Source of the DNA: an uncultured Cypionkella sp.
GTDB taxonomy: Bacteria; Pseudomonadota; Alphaproteobacteria; Rhodobacterales; Rhodobacteraceae
Assembly (NCBI GenBank): GCA_964387655.1
Contig: CAYLYV010000003.1
Span: forward strand, 9,409-73,408
DNA length: 64,000 nt
Direction: 5' to 3'
Positions 37,196 through 45,747 of this stretch are shown here, piece by piece (position 1 is the first letter of the stretch; each line of letters opens with the position of its first letter). A model generated the notes under the pieces. It did not search any database, was not told where the DNA came from, and saw only the letters and a list, made by a program, of their open reading frames with translations. The position numbers and the translations under genes were made by a program.

Positions 37196-38938
37196 TTAGT
37201 CGCGCCATGAGAAGTTAAACCGGTAATCAATCGCCCCTGCCGGACCCGATCCCGCACCAGCCACGCGCGTGGTCAATTCGACAAAGTGGACGGGCTCCAG
37301 CCCAAGTGCTAAGGCGTAAACGCTTTCCGCAGACTTCTGAATTAGGGCGAAGGATAGCATGATCACCACCGCACTGACGAGTCCTAGCTGAAGCACCCCA
37401 TCGCCCCGAGTGCCTGCAAAACGCCAAGCATTTTCAGACAAATGGTGCCAGACAGTGACGATCAGCACCGCCACATACAACAGGCCCGACAACAGTGTCA
37501 GCAGGAAAAAACCCTTGGCCTCTTCTACACTGCTACGTAGCAAAACCGGCAGGATGCAGCCCAAGGCAAGAACGGCGTAGACGGACAGAATTTTTACCGG
37601 CAAGCGCGCGCGCGCAGCCTCGCCCTTCGGGGTAATGCGGAAATCAACGAACTTGCCCGTCAAGGCATCCCGCAGCGCCATCAGAGTGCCCCACAGCACC
37701 CAAGGCCATTGCAGCGCGAGGAACAAAACCCGCTCCCACGACAGCACCGAGGCATCCGTTGGGCGGAAATGTCCGCCGCGCTTCAACGCAAAAGCAATCG
37801 CCAGCATGGCCAACAGACCCGGCAGCGCATGGCCAAGGTAATCGGGATAAGTGACATGAGCATAGCGGACGTCAAACACCACCGCGATGATCGGGATCAG
37901 ATACATCGCCAGATAGGTGACCGCCAAAATGGGGTAAAGCAGTTGGCAAAATAGGAACTGCGCCCGCAACCGAGGGGTCAGGGTAGGCAGGTAGCGCGGC
38001 GTGTGTTGCAGCAGCAGCGTCACCAGACTGCGCGACCATTGGAATTCTTGTATCACCATATCCGCGACGGTGGCGGGCCCGTCGCCGATGGCAATGGCGT
38101 CAATGGCGTGAACACCGCGCCAGCCGCCCGCGTTCAAAATCATTGTGGTCGAGTGATCCTCGGCCAATTCGGGGCCAAGCCCCCCGACACTGCGCAAAGC
38201 ACTGGTGCGCACCGCGTAATGCGAGCCAATGCACATCGGTGCAAAGCCATTGCTGTAGCCCGCTTGCAGGATGCCGTGAAACCCACCTTCCGTGTGCAGC
38301 CGGGTGCGCGCCGCCCAGTTTTCCCGCGCGTTCGAGGCACAGATCGACGGGGCCGAGACATAGCCAACATCTTCGTCAGCGAAGGGCCGCAGCATCTCGG
38401 TCAGATAGCCGTCTTGCGGAACATGGTCGGCGTCCAACTGGCAGACCACATCATACAGATCATAGCCCCAATGATCGTAGAAAAATGCCAGATTGCCCTC
38501 TTTGCAGCGGGTGCGGCGGGGCCAGGTTTGGCGGTGATAGGCTTCGACGCCTTGGCGGGTAGACACAAAGACGCCATGCGCCTTACACCAGTCCAACGTC
38601 TCCCGCGTTGGGGCTTCATCCGCAATCCAAGTGTCATGCGGATGGTCTTGTGCCAACATCGCCTCAAGCGTGCGGCGCAGAATGGCGAAGGGCTCGGACG
38701 GCGTTTTGGTGACGATCATCGCCACACGCAATCGGCCCGGAACCGGGTCTGGCGCAGAAGACCGCACAGCGCGCATGTAAAAGCTGATGAAGAACATCTG
38801 GAGGAAGGTGATCCAGCCGATCAGCGCCGAAACCACAAGGTAGCGCGGCCAATAATCGACATGTTCCGGCCGCAACCACCATGCCCAAAACCAGATTATT
38901 GCCAATACCCACACTCCGATCAGGATGCGGTGCAGCAT
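37196..38938 (-). CDS. processive GT2 beta-glycan synthase (cellulose-synthase superfamily), no PilZ domain
   Basis: Start at MLHRIL (38938). Motifs DEAP, QLDADH (DxD), LAEDHST (TED-like), VIQEFQWSRS (QxxRW) and FVDFRITPKG (FxVTxK). TM helices on both sides of the catalytic domain. Confidence 0.8.
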   Translation of the reverse strand: MLHRILIGVWVLAIIWFWAWWLRPEHVDYWPRYLVVSALIGWITFLQMFFISFYMRAVRSSAPDPVPGRLRVAMIVTKTPSEPFAILRRTLEAMLAQDHPHDTWIADEAPTRETLDWCKAHGVFVSTRQGVEAYHRQTWPRRTRCKEGNLAFFYDHWGYDLYDVVCQLDADHVPQDGYLTEMLRPFADEDVGYVSAPSICASNARENWAARTRLHTEGGFHGILQAGYSNGFAPMCIGSHYAVRTSALRSVGGLGPELAEDHSTTMILNAGGWRGVHAIDAIAIGDGPATVADMVIQEFQWSRSLVTLLLQHTPRYLPTLTPRLRAQFLFCQLLYPILAVTYLAMYLIPIIAVVFDVRYAHVTYPDYLGHALPGLLAMLAIAFALKRGGHFRPTDASVLSWERVLFLALQWPWVLWGTLMALRDALTGKFVDFRITPKGEAARARLPVKILSVYAVLALGCILPVLLRSSVEEAKGFFLLTLLSGLLYVAVLIVTVWHHLSENAWRFAGTRGDGVLQLGLVSAVVIMLSFALIQKSAESVYALALGLEPVHFVELTTRVAGAGSGPAGAIDYRFNFSWRD

Positions 38939-38975
38939 ATGCTCTCGCGGCGACAGAAGCGGGGCAAGGTTGCGT

Positions 38976-39962
38976 TTAATGGGCAAGGGACACCTCAAAC
39001 CAAGGTGCGGCAGAGCGCAGGATCGTCGAAAGATCCGAAGACTCCGTTCTGAAGCCCAGCTTCTCAAATGCCAAACTAGGGTCGGCGGTCAGTGAAGGTG
39101 GATCGCCCGGACGACGCGCACCCCATTGCACGCGAAGGGTGCTGCCGGTCAAAGCCTCTATCCCGGCTATGATTTGGCGGATCGACAAACCCTGCCCGGT
39201 GCCCAGATTGACCGCCAGGCTGTCCCCCCCGGCCAAAAGATGCATCAGCGCCAGAACATGGGCGCGGGCAAGGTCGGCGACATGGATATAATCGCGGATA
39301 CAGGTGCCGTCGGGGGTCGGGTAATCGGTGCCAAACACCTGCAACGGCGCTTGGCCAGCAGCGGCGCGCAAGGCAAGCGGGATCAGGTGGGTTTCAGGGT
39401 CGTGATGCTCCCCCAGCGCGCCATCAAGATCGGCGCCTGCTGCATTAAAATAGCGTAGCGCCGCAAAGCGCAGCCCATGTGCTACGGCGTGATCGCGCAG
39501 CATCATCTCGCAGATCAGCTTGGTACGACCATAGGGATTGATCGGAAGCTGCGGGCAGTCTTCCGCGATGGGCAATTGCGCTGGGATGCCATAGGTGGCG
39601 CAACTCGACGAGAATACGATCTTGTCCACGCCCGCCGCCCCTGCCCCCTTCAGAAGCCCGATCATGCCCCCAAGGTTATTGTCATAGTAAAGCCCCGGAT
39701 CGCGCATGCTTTCGCCGACATAAGCCGAAGCCGCGAAATGGATGATGGCGCGCGCATCGTGGTCACGCAGAGCCGCTGCGACGGCACCCGCGTCACGCAC
39801 ATCGCCCTGAACCAGTGGCCCAAACCGCACGGCACCCGCGTGACCCGTTGACAGATTATCAAAGGCGACAGGCGCGAATCCAGCCGATTTCAATGCTTTG
39901 CAAGCGTGGGATCCGATGAACCCCGCGCCGCCCGTCACAAGGACGGCAATTCCAGAGGTCAC
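38976..39962 (-). CDS. galE: UDP-glucose 4-epimerase
   Basis: VLVTGGAGFIGSH, SSSCATYG, YGRTK. The GTG start overlaps the uxs stop (GTGA). Confidence 0.85.
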   Translation of the reverse strand: MTSGIAVLVTGGAGFIGSHACKALKSAGFAPVAFDNLSTGHAGAVRFGPLVQGDVRDAGAVAAALRDHDARAIIHFAASAYVGESMRDPGLYYDNNLGGMIGLLKGAGAAGVDKIVFSSSCATYGIPAQLPIAEDCPQLPINPYGRTKLICEMMLRDHAVAHGLRFAALRYFNAAGADLDGALGEHHDPETHLIPLALRAAAGQAPLQVFGTDYPTPDGTCIRDYIHVADLARAHVLALMHLLAGGDSLAVNLGTGQGLSIRQIIAGIEALTGSTLRVQWGARRPGDPPSLTADPSLAFEKLGFRTESSDLSTILRSAAPWFEVSLAH

Positions 39963-40975
39963 GATACCATCGAACCTTTCATTCGGTCAGACTTAAGTCG
40001 CTGGGTAAACCACGCGATCGTTTTGTCCAGACCTTGATCCAACATTACAGTAGGTGCCCAACCCAACAGATCAGCGGCGCGCGAAATGTCGGGACGGCGC
40101 TGGCGGGGGTCATCTTGCGGCAAGGGCATAAAAGTGATCGGCAGGTCCGATCCGAGCTTAAGCAAAACCTTCTCCGCCAATTCCAGCATGGTGAACTCGC
40201 CCGGATTGCCAAGGTTCACCGGCATTTTCTCGGACGAGACCATCAGCCGCATCAAGCCCTCGACCAGATCATCGACATAGCAGAATGAGCGGGTTTGCAG
40301 CCCTGCACCATACACGGTCAGTGGCTGACCGCGCAGGGCCTGCACAACAAAGTTCGACACCACCCGACCATCGTCGGGATGCATCCGCGGGCCGTATGTG
40401 TTGAAAATCCGCGCGATGCGGGTCTCAACGCCACGATGTGCGCCATATTCCCAGAACAAGGTCTCTCCAGCACGCTTGCCTTCGTCATAGCACGCACGCG
40501 GACCACAGGTATTCACGCTGCCGCGATAGCCTTCATGCTGTAGCGAAATCTCGGGATCGCCGTAAACTTCTGAGGTCGAAGATTGCAAAATCCGTGCGCC
40601 TTTGACCTCTGCCAAGGTCAAGAGATTAAGCGTGCCTTCCACGCAGGTGCGAAACGTATGGATCGGATCTTTTTGATAGCGTGGCGGAGACGCTGGACAG
40701 GCGAGGTTGTAAATCTCGTCCAGACGACCATCCACCCGCAACGGCTTGATAATGTCATGGCGACGGAACCGGAATCCGGGACGACCGATCAGATCAGCCA
40801 CATTTTCCAATTCCCCTGTCAGCAGGTTGTCAATGCACAACACCGCATGACCCTGGTCCAGCAACCGACGGCACAGATTTGACCCGACAAAGCCAGCTCC
40901 ACCAGCCACAAGAACACATCTGCTACTTTCCCCAACCTGCGTAGGCGGGAGATTACTCATCTTATGAACGACCAT
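39959..40975 (-). CDS. uxs: UDP-glucuronate decarboxylase (UDP-xylose synthase)
   Basis: VLVAGGAGFVGSNLCRRL, DEIYNLACPASPPRYQKDPIHT, SSTSEVYGDP, YDEGKR. These are typical of the UXS clade of SDRs. Confidence 0.8.
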   Translation of the reverse strand: MVVHKMSNLPPTQVGESSRCVLVAGGAGFVGSNLCRRLLDQGHAVLCIDNLLTGELENVADLIGRPGFRFRRHDIIKPLRVDGRLDEIYNLACPASPPRYQKDPIHTFRTCVEGTLNLLTLAEVKGARILQSSTSEVYGDPEISLQHEGYRGSVNTCGPRACYDEGKRAGETLFWEYGAHRGVETRIARIFNTYGPRMHPDDGRVVSNFVVQALRGQPLTVYGAGLQTRSFCYVDDLVEGLMRLMVSSEKMPVNLGNPGEFTMLELAEKVLLKLGSDLPITFMPLPQDDPRQRRPDISRAADLLGWAPTVMLDQGLDKTIAWFTQRLKSDRMKGSMVS

Positions 40976-41307
40976 GATATGGCTTTCTGTCGTAGCGTCC
41001 CTTTAAGGGCACTTAAAAAACCAGCAGCCCATGGAAGTGCCTGCTGACAATAAGAAAACCTAAAGGGGTACGTAACGTTTATGCTATGTCAATAATTTGC
41101 TCATGCCACAATTTTGTCAACATCGGCGCAAATTTTTGCCACATTTTTGTCCAATTTGGATAACTACAGACTAAATGTTGAAGGAACCGTTGTAATGGCC
41201 GCAACGATCATAACCCAAGGGAGAGTCACTGCCAAATGACTTCAATCAAGAGTGGTGTTAGTTTCCAAGGTGAGGCGAATCAGATTCGCACAGAGACGCT
41301 TAAAATA

Positions 41308-41342
41308 ACAATCTAAGATTGTTATAAGCAATCTTAGATTGC
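41308..41342. promoter_or_regulatory. twin 15-bp perfect palindromes ACAATCTAAGATTGT and GCAATCTTAGATTGC, 20 bp centre to centre (candidate operator pair)
   Basis: Read directly from the sequence. The first extends to 21 bp (ATAACAATCTAAGATTGTTAT). Located in the AT-rich spacer between the Sel1 gene and the uxs operon. Confidence 0.5.
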
Positions 41343-41395
41343 AAATTACTCAAGTGTAATAAAAACCAATCTTGGTTAATGCAAGTATGACACTG

Positions 41396-42538
41396 TTACT
41401 TAGCGGCCAAAATGAGTGCTGCGACGACGGCAGGATTCAGAGGATTATCATCGCAGCCCGAGCGATCCCAGAGCCCGTCGCAGGCGCTGTGCATGGCGCG
41501 CAGTGTCTTCTTGCCCACCAAGCCATCCAGCGGGCCATGATACAGCCCTTTTGCTTTCAGATGCTGTTGCAGCAGATACATCGCCACGCCAGGGTTTGCC
41601 TTTTGCAACTCAACAGCCAAAGGGCTGGTGATCCATTCCGGGTGGGCGGTGATTTCGTTGGAAATCGACGCATATGCGGATGTGTTGGATGCAAGAGCAG
41701 CATTGATGCTCAGGTTATACTGCCAAATCTCGGTCTTGGTGAGAATATTGGCGTAGCGGCCCACCGCTTCGGTTGCGGCGGCCCGATCGCGCGCAATATT
41801 CATGCCGTTGCCGTCGCGCAAAATCGAGATCAGGTATTTGGCGGCATCCACATTGCCCTTATCCGCAGCCGCCCGCAGTTTGGCGACCGTCGCGGGGCCA
41901 TCGGCGCGCATGGAGATCCCCCACATCTGCCGTATCGCATCCAAAACCTCGATCCGGGCGTTGCCCGCAGCGCGCGCCTTTTCGGCAAAGCCGTCAAACT
42001 TCGCCCGTGATTGGCGGCCACCACCCAAATACCCGTACATCGCCCCTTCCGCCAAAACAGCCCAAGCGCCTGAATCGCCCTGCTCACCCGCGCGGATCAA
42101 GATCTTTTGTGCCGCTGACCAATCCGAGTCGTCCCACATCAGCATTGTGCCATATCGTGCCAGACCCGAGCCATCCCCGACAGCGGCCGCCTGCTCGAAA
42201 TACGTCAGCGCGCGTGTGCGATTGCTCGGAATTACCACGCCGTATAGGTAAAGACTGCCCAGTGTCAGCATCGCCTTCACGTTACCCGTTGCGGCAGATT
42301 GTTCCAGAAAATCCATCCCTTTGTCCACATTTCGCAATGTAGGATCAATGGCATACACCAGTGCCTCGCCGTCTTTTCGGAGGACTTCAGGGTCAATTTT
42401 CTCTATCACAGCCAGTTGCGCAGCACCGCTGGGCTGAATGACAACTTCTGCCGTGGCAAAGATCGGAATATTAACCTGAAGCAACGCAACGATTGCCACG
42501 CACAGCACCTGATGCTTCACAAAGGACAGTGATTTCAT
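41396..42538 (-). CDS. periplasmic Sel1-repeat protein with C-terminal peptidoglycan-binding (PG_binding_1) domain
   Basis: Start at MKSLSF (42538). Signal peptide ...IFATAEV. Sel1-like units (GNVKAMLTLGSLYLYG, ALTYFEQAAAVGD, KGNVDAAKYL). C-terminal LQQHLKAKGLYHGPLDGLVGKKTLRAM. Confidence 0.7.
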   Translation of the reverse strand: MKSLSFVKHQVLCVAIVALLQVNIPIFATAEVVIQPSGAAQLAVIEKIDPEVLRKDGEALVYAIDPTLRNVDKGMDFLEQSAATGNVKAMLTLGSLYLYGVVIPSNRTRALTYFEQAAAVGDGSGLARYGTMLMWDDSDWSAAQKILIRAGEQGDSGAWAVLAEGAMYGYLGGGRQSRAKFDGFAEKARAAGNARIEVLDAIRQMWGISMRADGPATVAKLRAAADKGNVDAAKYLISILRDGNGMNIARDRAAATEAVGRYANILTKTEIWQYNLSINAALASNTSAYASISNEITAHPEWITSPLAVELQKANPGVAMYLLQQHLKAKGLYHGPLDGLVGKKTLRAMHSACDGLWDRSGCDDNPLNPAVVAALILAAK

Positions 42539-42693
42539 CTCAATCTCCCTTTGAATTGATACTTTTTCCAGCTCGAAACTGCGCTCCACACTACGGGAAA
42601 TAATATATGAAGATAGATGAGTTTGATAAATAACTATCAAATTGAGTAATTTGACTCACAGTTCAAGTATCACGTCACACCTCCGAATTGAAT

Positions 42694-43722
42694 TTACTGG
42701 AGCGTTACGGTAGGTGTGATCCGACCCCCCAACTTTGGACCGCCCGAAGGCAGAGTTCCGGGGACCAGATCAGGACAATCCAGCCCCGCTGCGTTCAACA
42801 ATTGCACCACGCGGTCACGCCGGCGCTGGAACACAGCGCGCGAAGTGGCGATGAAATCCTGCGGCCCGGTCAGCGCCGCCAGTGCCGCATGTTGCGAAAT
42901 TGTGCAGGCACCCGATGTCTGCTGGCCTTGCAGCTTTTCCATGGCGTCGATCAACCACACAGGTTCGGTGGCAAAACCGATGCGCCAGCCGGTCATTGCA
43001 TAGGCTTTGGATACGCCGTTCATTGTCAACACCTGATCGGCCAGACGCGATTCGACCGCTGCGAGGGTCGCAAATTCCAGCCCGTCGAAGATCAGATGTT
43101 CATAGATGTCGTCCGACAGAACCATGACCTGCGGATGCGCAAGCAGAACCTGTGCCAGTGTTGCCAGATCGGCGCGGGAATAGACGGCGCCTGTCGGGTT
43201 CGAAGGGGAGTTGAGGATCAGCCAGCGGGTGCGCGGCGTGATCGCGGCGGTCAGTGCTGCGGGGGTCAGCTTGAAGCCGGTCGCGGCAGGGCAAACCACG
43301 GTGACCGACACTATCCCGCAGAGCTGCACGATTTCGGGATGGCTGACCCAGTATGGTGCGGGGATGATCACCTCATCGCCTTCATTCAGCATGGCGGCGA
43401 GCGCGTTGAAAATCACCTGCTTGCCGCCTGAGGCGACGATTACCTGCCGCCAATCGGTGGGCAGGCCGTTCTCATAGGTGAATTTGGCGGCAACGGCCTC
43501 GCGCAGTGCGCGCAGCCCCGCAACCTGTGTGTAACGGGTCTGGCCCGCGCGGATTGCGGCGATGGCGGCTTCGCGGATATGATCGGACGTGTCGAAATCT
43601 GGCTCGCCCGCCGACAGCGACAGGATCGTGGCCCCCTCGGCGCGGCGGGCCGCGACACGGTCCATCACGCGATAGGTGGCCGAAGGTTTGGCGGCGGCAA
43701 GGTGACGGTTAAGATGCTTCAT
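42694..43722 (-). CDS. aspartate/aromatic-type class I aminotransferase, apparently 3'-truncated
   Basis: SNPTGAVY, NGVSKAYAMTGWRIG. The sequence diverges after ...LLNAAGLDCP and stops about 55 to 60 codons short of the usual C-terminus (no PEGAFY or FRISYA region). Confidence 0.6.
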   Translation of the reverse strand: MKHLNRHLAAAKPSATYRVMDRVAARRAEGATILSLSAGEPDFDTSDHIREAAIAAIRAGQTRYTQVAGLRALREAVAAKFTYENGLPTDWRQVIVASGGKQVIFNALAAMLNEGDEVIIPAPYWVSHPEIVQLCGIVSVTVVCPAATGFKLTPAALTAAITPRTRWLILNSPSNPTGAVYSRADLATLAQVLLAHPQVMVLSDDIYEHLIFDGLEFATLAAVESRLADQVLTMNGVSKAYAMTGWRIGFATEPVWLIDAMEKLQGQQTSGACTISQHAALAALTGPQDFIATSRAVFQRRRDRVVQLLNAAGLDCPDLVPGTLPSGGPKLGGRITPTVTLQ

Positions 43723-44351
43723 ATCCGGTTCCTCCAGTCGGCCAGCCCCATCAGATCAAGCGTCGTGGCCCCAGCGACCAACACCTTCATCCATTCGGCT
43801 TCCTTTGCAACTCTGGCCTGACCGCGGGCGATGGTCGCCTCGACCTGATCTGCGGGGATCACCAGCACGCCATCGGCATCGCCCAGCACAAGATCGCCCG
43901 CAGCAACCGACGTTCCAGCCAATGACAGGGGTTTTCCCACCGAAGGCACAGAGGTCTTCAAGGTGCCGCGCACCGAAATGCCGCGCGCAAAGGCCGGGAA
44001 ACCGCGTGCCTGCAAAGCTGCCGTGTCCCTGACACCGCCGTCAATCACCAGACCTCGGATGCCACGCGCCTCGGCATAGACCGTCGGCACCTCGCCCCAG
44101 TATCCGGCAATGAAGCCCCGCGCATCGACCACTTGCACCGCGCCTTTGGGCGCACGCTCCAGCGCGATCTGGATGCCCAGATTGTCACCCGGTGCGCACT
44201 CCACCGGATAGGCCGGGCCCGCCACAGCAGCCCCCGGCCAGATCGGGTGGATCAGCGGATCAACCGCCACTGTTGTGGGCAACATGGCTGATTCAAACAG
44301 CGTGGCGGTGCCCTGTGCCAGCGCCTTGTCCAATAGGTCCCTGTTGAACAC
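43719..44351 (-). CDS. RraA-family protein (RraA / 4-hydroxy-4-methyl-2-oxoglutarate aldolase-like)
   Basis: GTG start at 44351 behind AGGAG. GYWGEV..GLVIDGGVRD..GFPAFARG..GDLVLGDADGVLVIP. Confidence 0.75.
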   Translation of the reverse strand: MFNRDLLDKALAQGTATLFESAMLPTTVAVDPLIHPIWPGAAVAGPAYPVECAPGDNLGIQIALERAPKGAVQVVDARGFIAGYWGEVPTVYAEARGIRGLVIDGGVRDTAALQARGFPAFARGISVRGTLKTSVPSVGKPLSLAGTSVAAGDLVLGDADGVLVIPADQVEATIARGQARVAKEAEWMKVLVAGATTLDLMGLADWRNRI

Positions 44352-44361
44352 GGGGGCACTC

Positions 44362-44660
44362 CTAACGCTGCAAAAGATGATAGGCCAGATCATTGCGCAC
44401 GGCGCGCAGGGTTTGCCCCGTCCCGATACGGTCGCGGATCGCCTGTTCGACGCTTTCGATCTGACGGGCCACCGTGCCACCCGCCGCGTTCACCTGCACC
44501 CGGTCCTTGCCGGTGCGCATGAATCGGCCTGCGGTAAACAGCGGATAACCATCGCCAAGGGTGCGCATCACGTCGCGGCAGACGCCGTCGATCACGGTTC
44601 CGGCGATGCCGCGCAGGCCTGCATATTGCGTCATGATATCGCCCCAGTCCGACAAGAAGA
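44362..44660 (-). pseudogene. second RraA-like gene, C-terminal fragment only
   Basis: ...DWGDIMTQYAGLRGIAGTVIDGVCRDV..GYPLFTAG... continues in frame from IS3 orfA sequence. The N-terminal half is absent. Confidence 0.6.
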
Positions 44661-45151
44661 TCGGCGATCTCCTCGGTCTCGGCCCGCAACTTCGGGCCAT
44701 AGCGATAACAGGTCTCGCTGACCCCAGGTCGCGCCACCGCAGTCCCGGCCATCTCGCGGCGTTGACCCAAGGCAAATGCGCGCATTTGCCCTCCGGGCAA
44801 TGGAGGGCCGATCTCTTTTTTCCAAGAGCCTCCTTGAGCAGTTCATTTTGCATGCTCAGCTCGGCGAACATCTTCTTCAGTCGCCGGTTCTCGTCCTCAA
44901 GCGCCTTTGTCTGGGTGATCATCGACGCATCCATCCCGCCATACTTCGCCCGCCATTTGTAAAAGGACGCGTTGCTCATACCGTGCGCCCGGCAAAGCTC
45001 GGCCACGGGCATGCCACCTTCGGCCTGCCGCAGGATCGCGAGGATCTGCGGCTCTGTGTATCTGCTTGTCTTCATTCAGAATCTCCTCGTGCATCATGCC
45101 GAGAAAATTCTACTTATCCAGCCCCTTACTGCCGGGGGGATTACCTGATCA
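44645..45151 (-). mobile_element. IS3-family (IS407/IS2-group-like) remnant: orfA plus the first ~50 codons of orfB
   Basis: orfA MKTSRYTEPQILAILRQAEGGMPVAELCRAHGMSNASFYKWRAKYGG...LEDENRRLKKMFAEL. -1 frame ...QRREMAGTAVARPGVSETCYRYGPKLRAETEEIADLLVGL, then homology stops. The outer end is approximate. Confidence 0.7.
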
Positions 45152-45227
45152 GGCGTTCGGCCAGCGCCAAAGCCACTGCGATACTCAACTCGCGGTCGCC
45201 AGGTTTCTCGGTCGAAATGCCATACGT

Positions 45228-45700
45228 CTACATATGCTTGGCACGCTCGTTCTCTTCGTTCACATCATTTGGCCCGCGTATGAGGTCTCCTGCGTTGAGT
45301 GGTCTTGCTCTTAGTTCCATTGCTGCATTCCGCCGAGGTAGCTTGTGCGCTCGGCAACCCAATCGCGGAATGTGCTGCGCAGACCCTGTGGCACGGGTAG
45401 GGCGCTTATTTGTCCGATCAACAAAGCCGGGCTGCTGGGTGTCAATCTCGGACTGATGGATGCGGCGCATTGTGGCGCTCAGGGTCATGTCCGACAGTTG
45501 CCCCCCACGGGCAGTGGGGAAAACCAAATCGCTGTCATTTAGGCGAGGCAAGGCCTTCAACAGCGCGACGGCAGCAGGGGTAGGCGGCAGAGCCGCGGAT
45601 CAGATGACAGTTGCAGCCGTCGGCGTTACTCTCTGCCCGCCGTAACCGCCATCTGGAAGATCAATTGGGTCGCGACTCTCGCTCGCTCATTGAGGCTCAT
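45228..45700 (-). pseudogene. tyrosine recombinase (P4-type integrase) C-terminal remnant, frameshifted
   Basis: ...DPIDLPDGGYGGQRVTPTAATVI*, ALLKALPRLNDSDLVFPTARGGQLSDMTLSATMRR, then the catalytic H-x-x-R region is out of frame. No N-terminal domains. Confidence 0.6.
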
Positions 45701-45747
45701 CCTGACGCGTCTTTTGGCTTTTTCGCGAGGAGAAAAGGACCCCCCCG

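Noticed and set aside
38003-39052. 349-aa ORF antisense to the GT2 synthase. The same applies to 53891..55051, 24469..25626, 17054..18040, 1171..2415 and 184..966.
   Set aside because: All lie opposite strongly supported genes and have extreme Arg/Pro/Gly/His content. They were treated as non-coding shadow frames.
41183-41208. GGAAC-N17-CGAT on the plus strand in the AT-rich spacer, as a second EcfG-type promoter.
   Set aside because: The -10 element deviates (CGAT, not CGTT), and there is no plus-strand gene downstream because the next genes are on the minus strand.
41236-41319. 27-codon plus-strand ORF (MTSIKSGVSFQGEANQIRTETLKITI) with a GGGAGAG upstream, ending inside the first palindrome.
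   Set aside because: It is too short and has no supporting evidence. It could be chance in AT-rich DNA and would need ribosome profiling or conservation data.
44362-45075. 237-aa ORF as a genuine fusion protein.
   Set aside because: It is an accidental in-frame junction of an IS3 orfA with the tail of an RraA-like gene. The middle ~55 codons match neither family.
45560-45747. Looked for a tRNA/tmRNA gene or att site beside the integrase remnant.
   Set aside because: I could not recognise a cloverleaf-compatible sequence or a T-loop (GGTTCGAATCC-like) motif by eye. The absence should be confirmed with tRNAscan-SE/ARAGORN.
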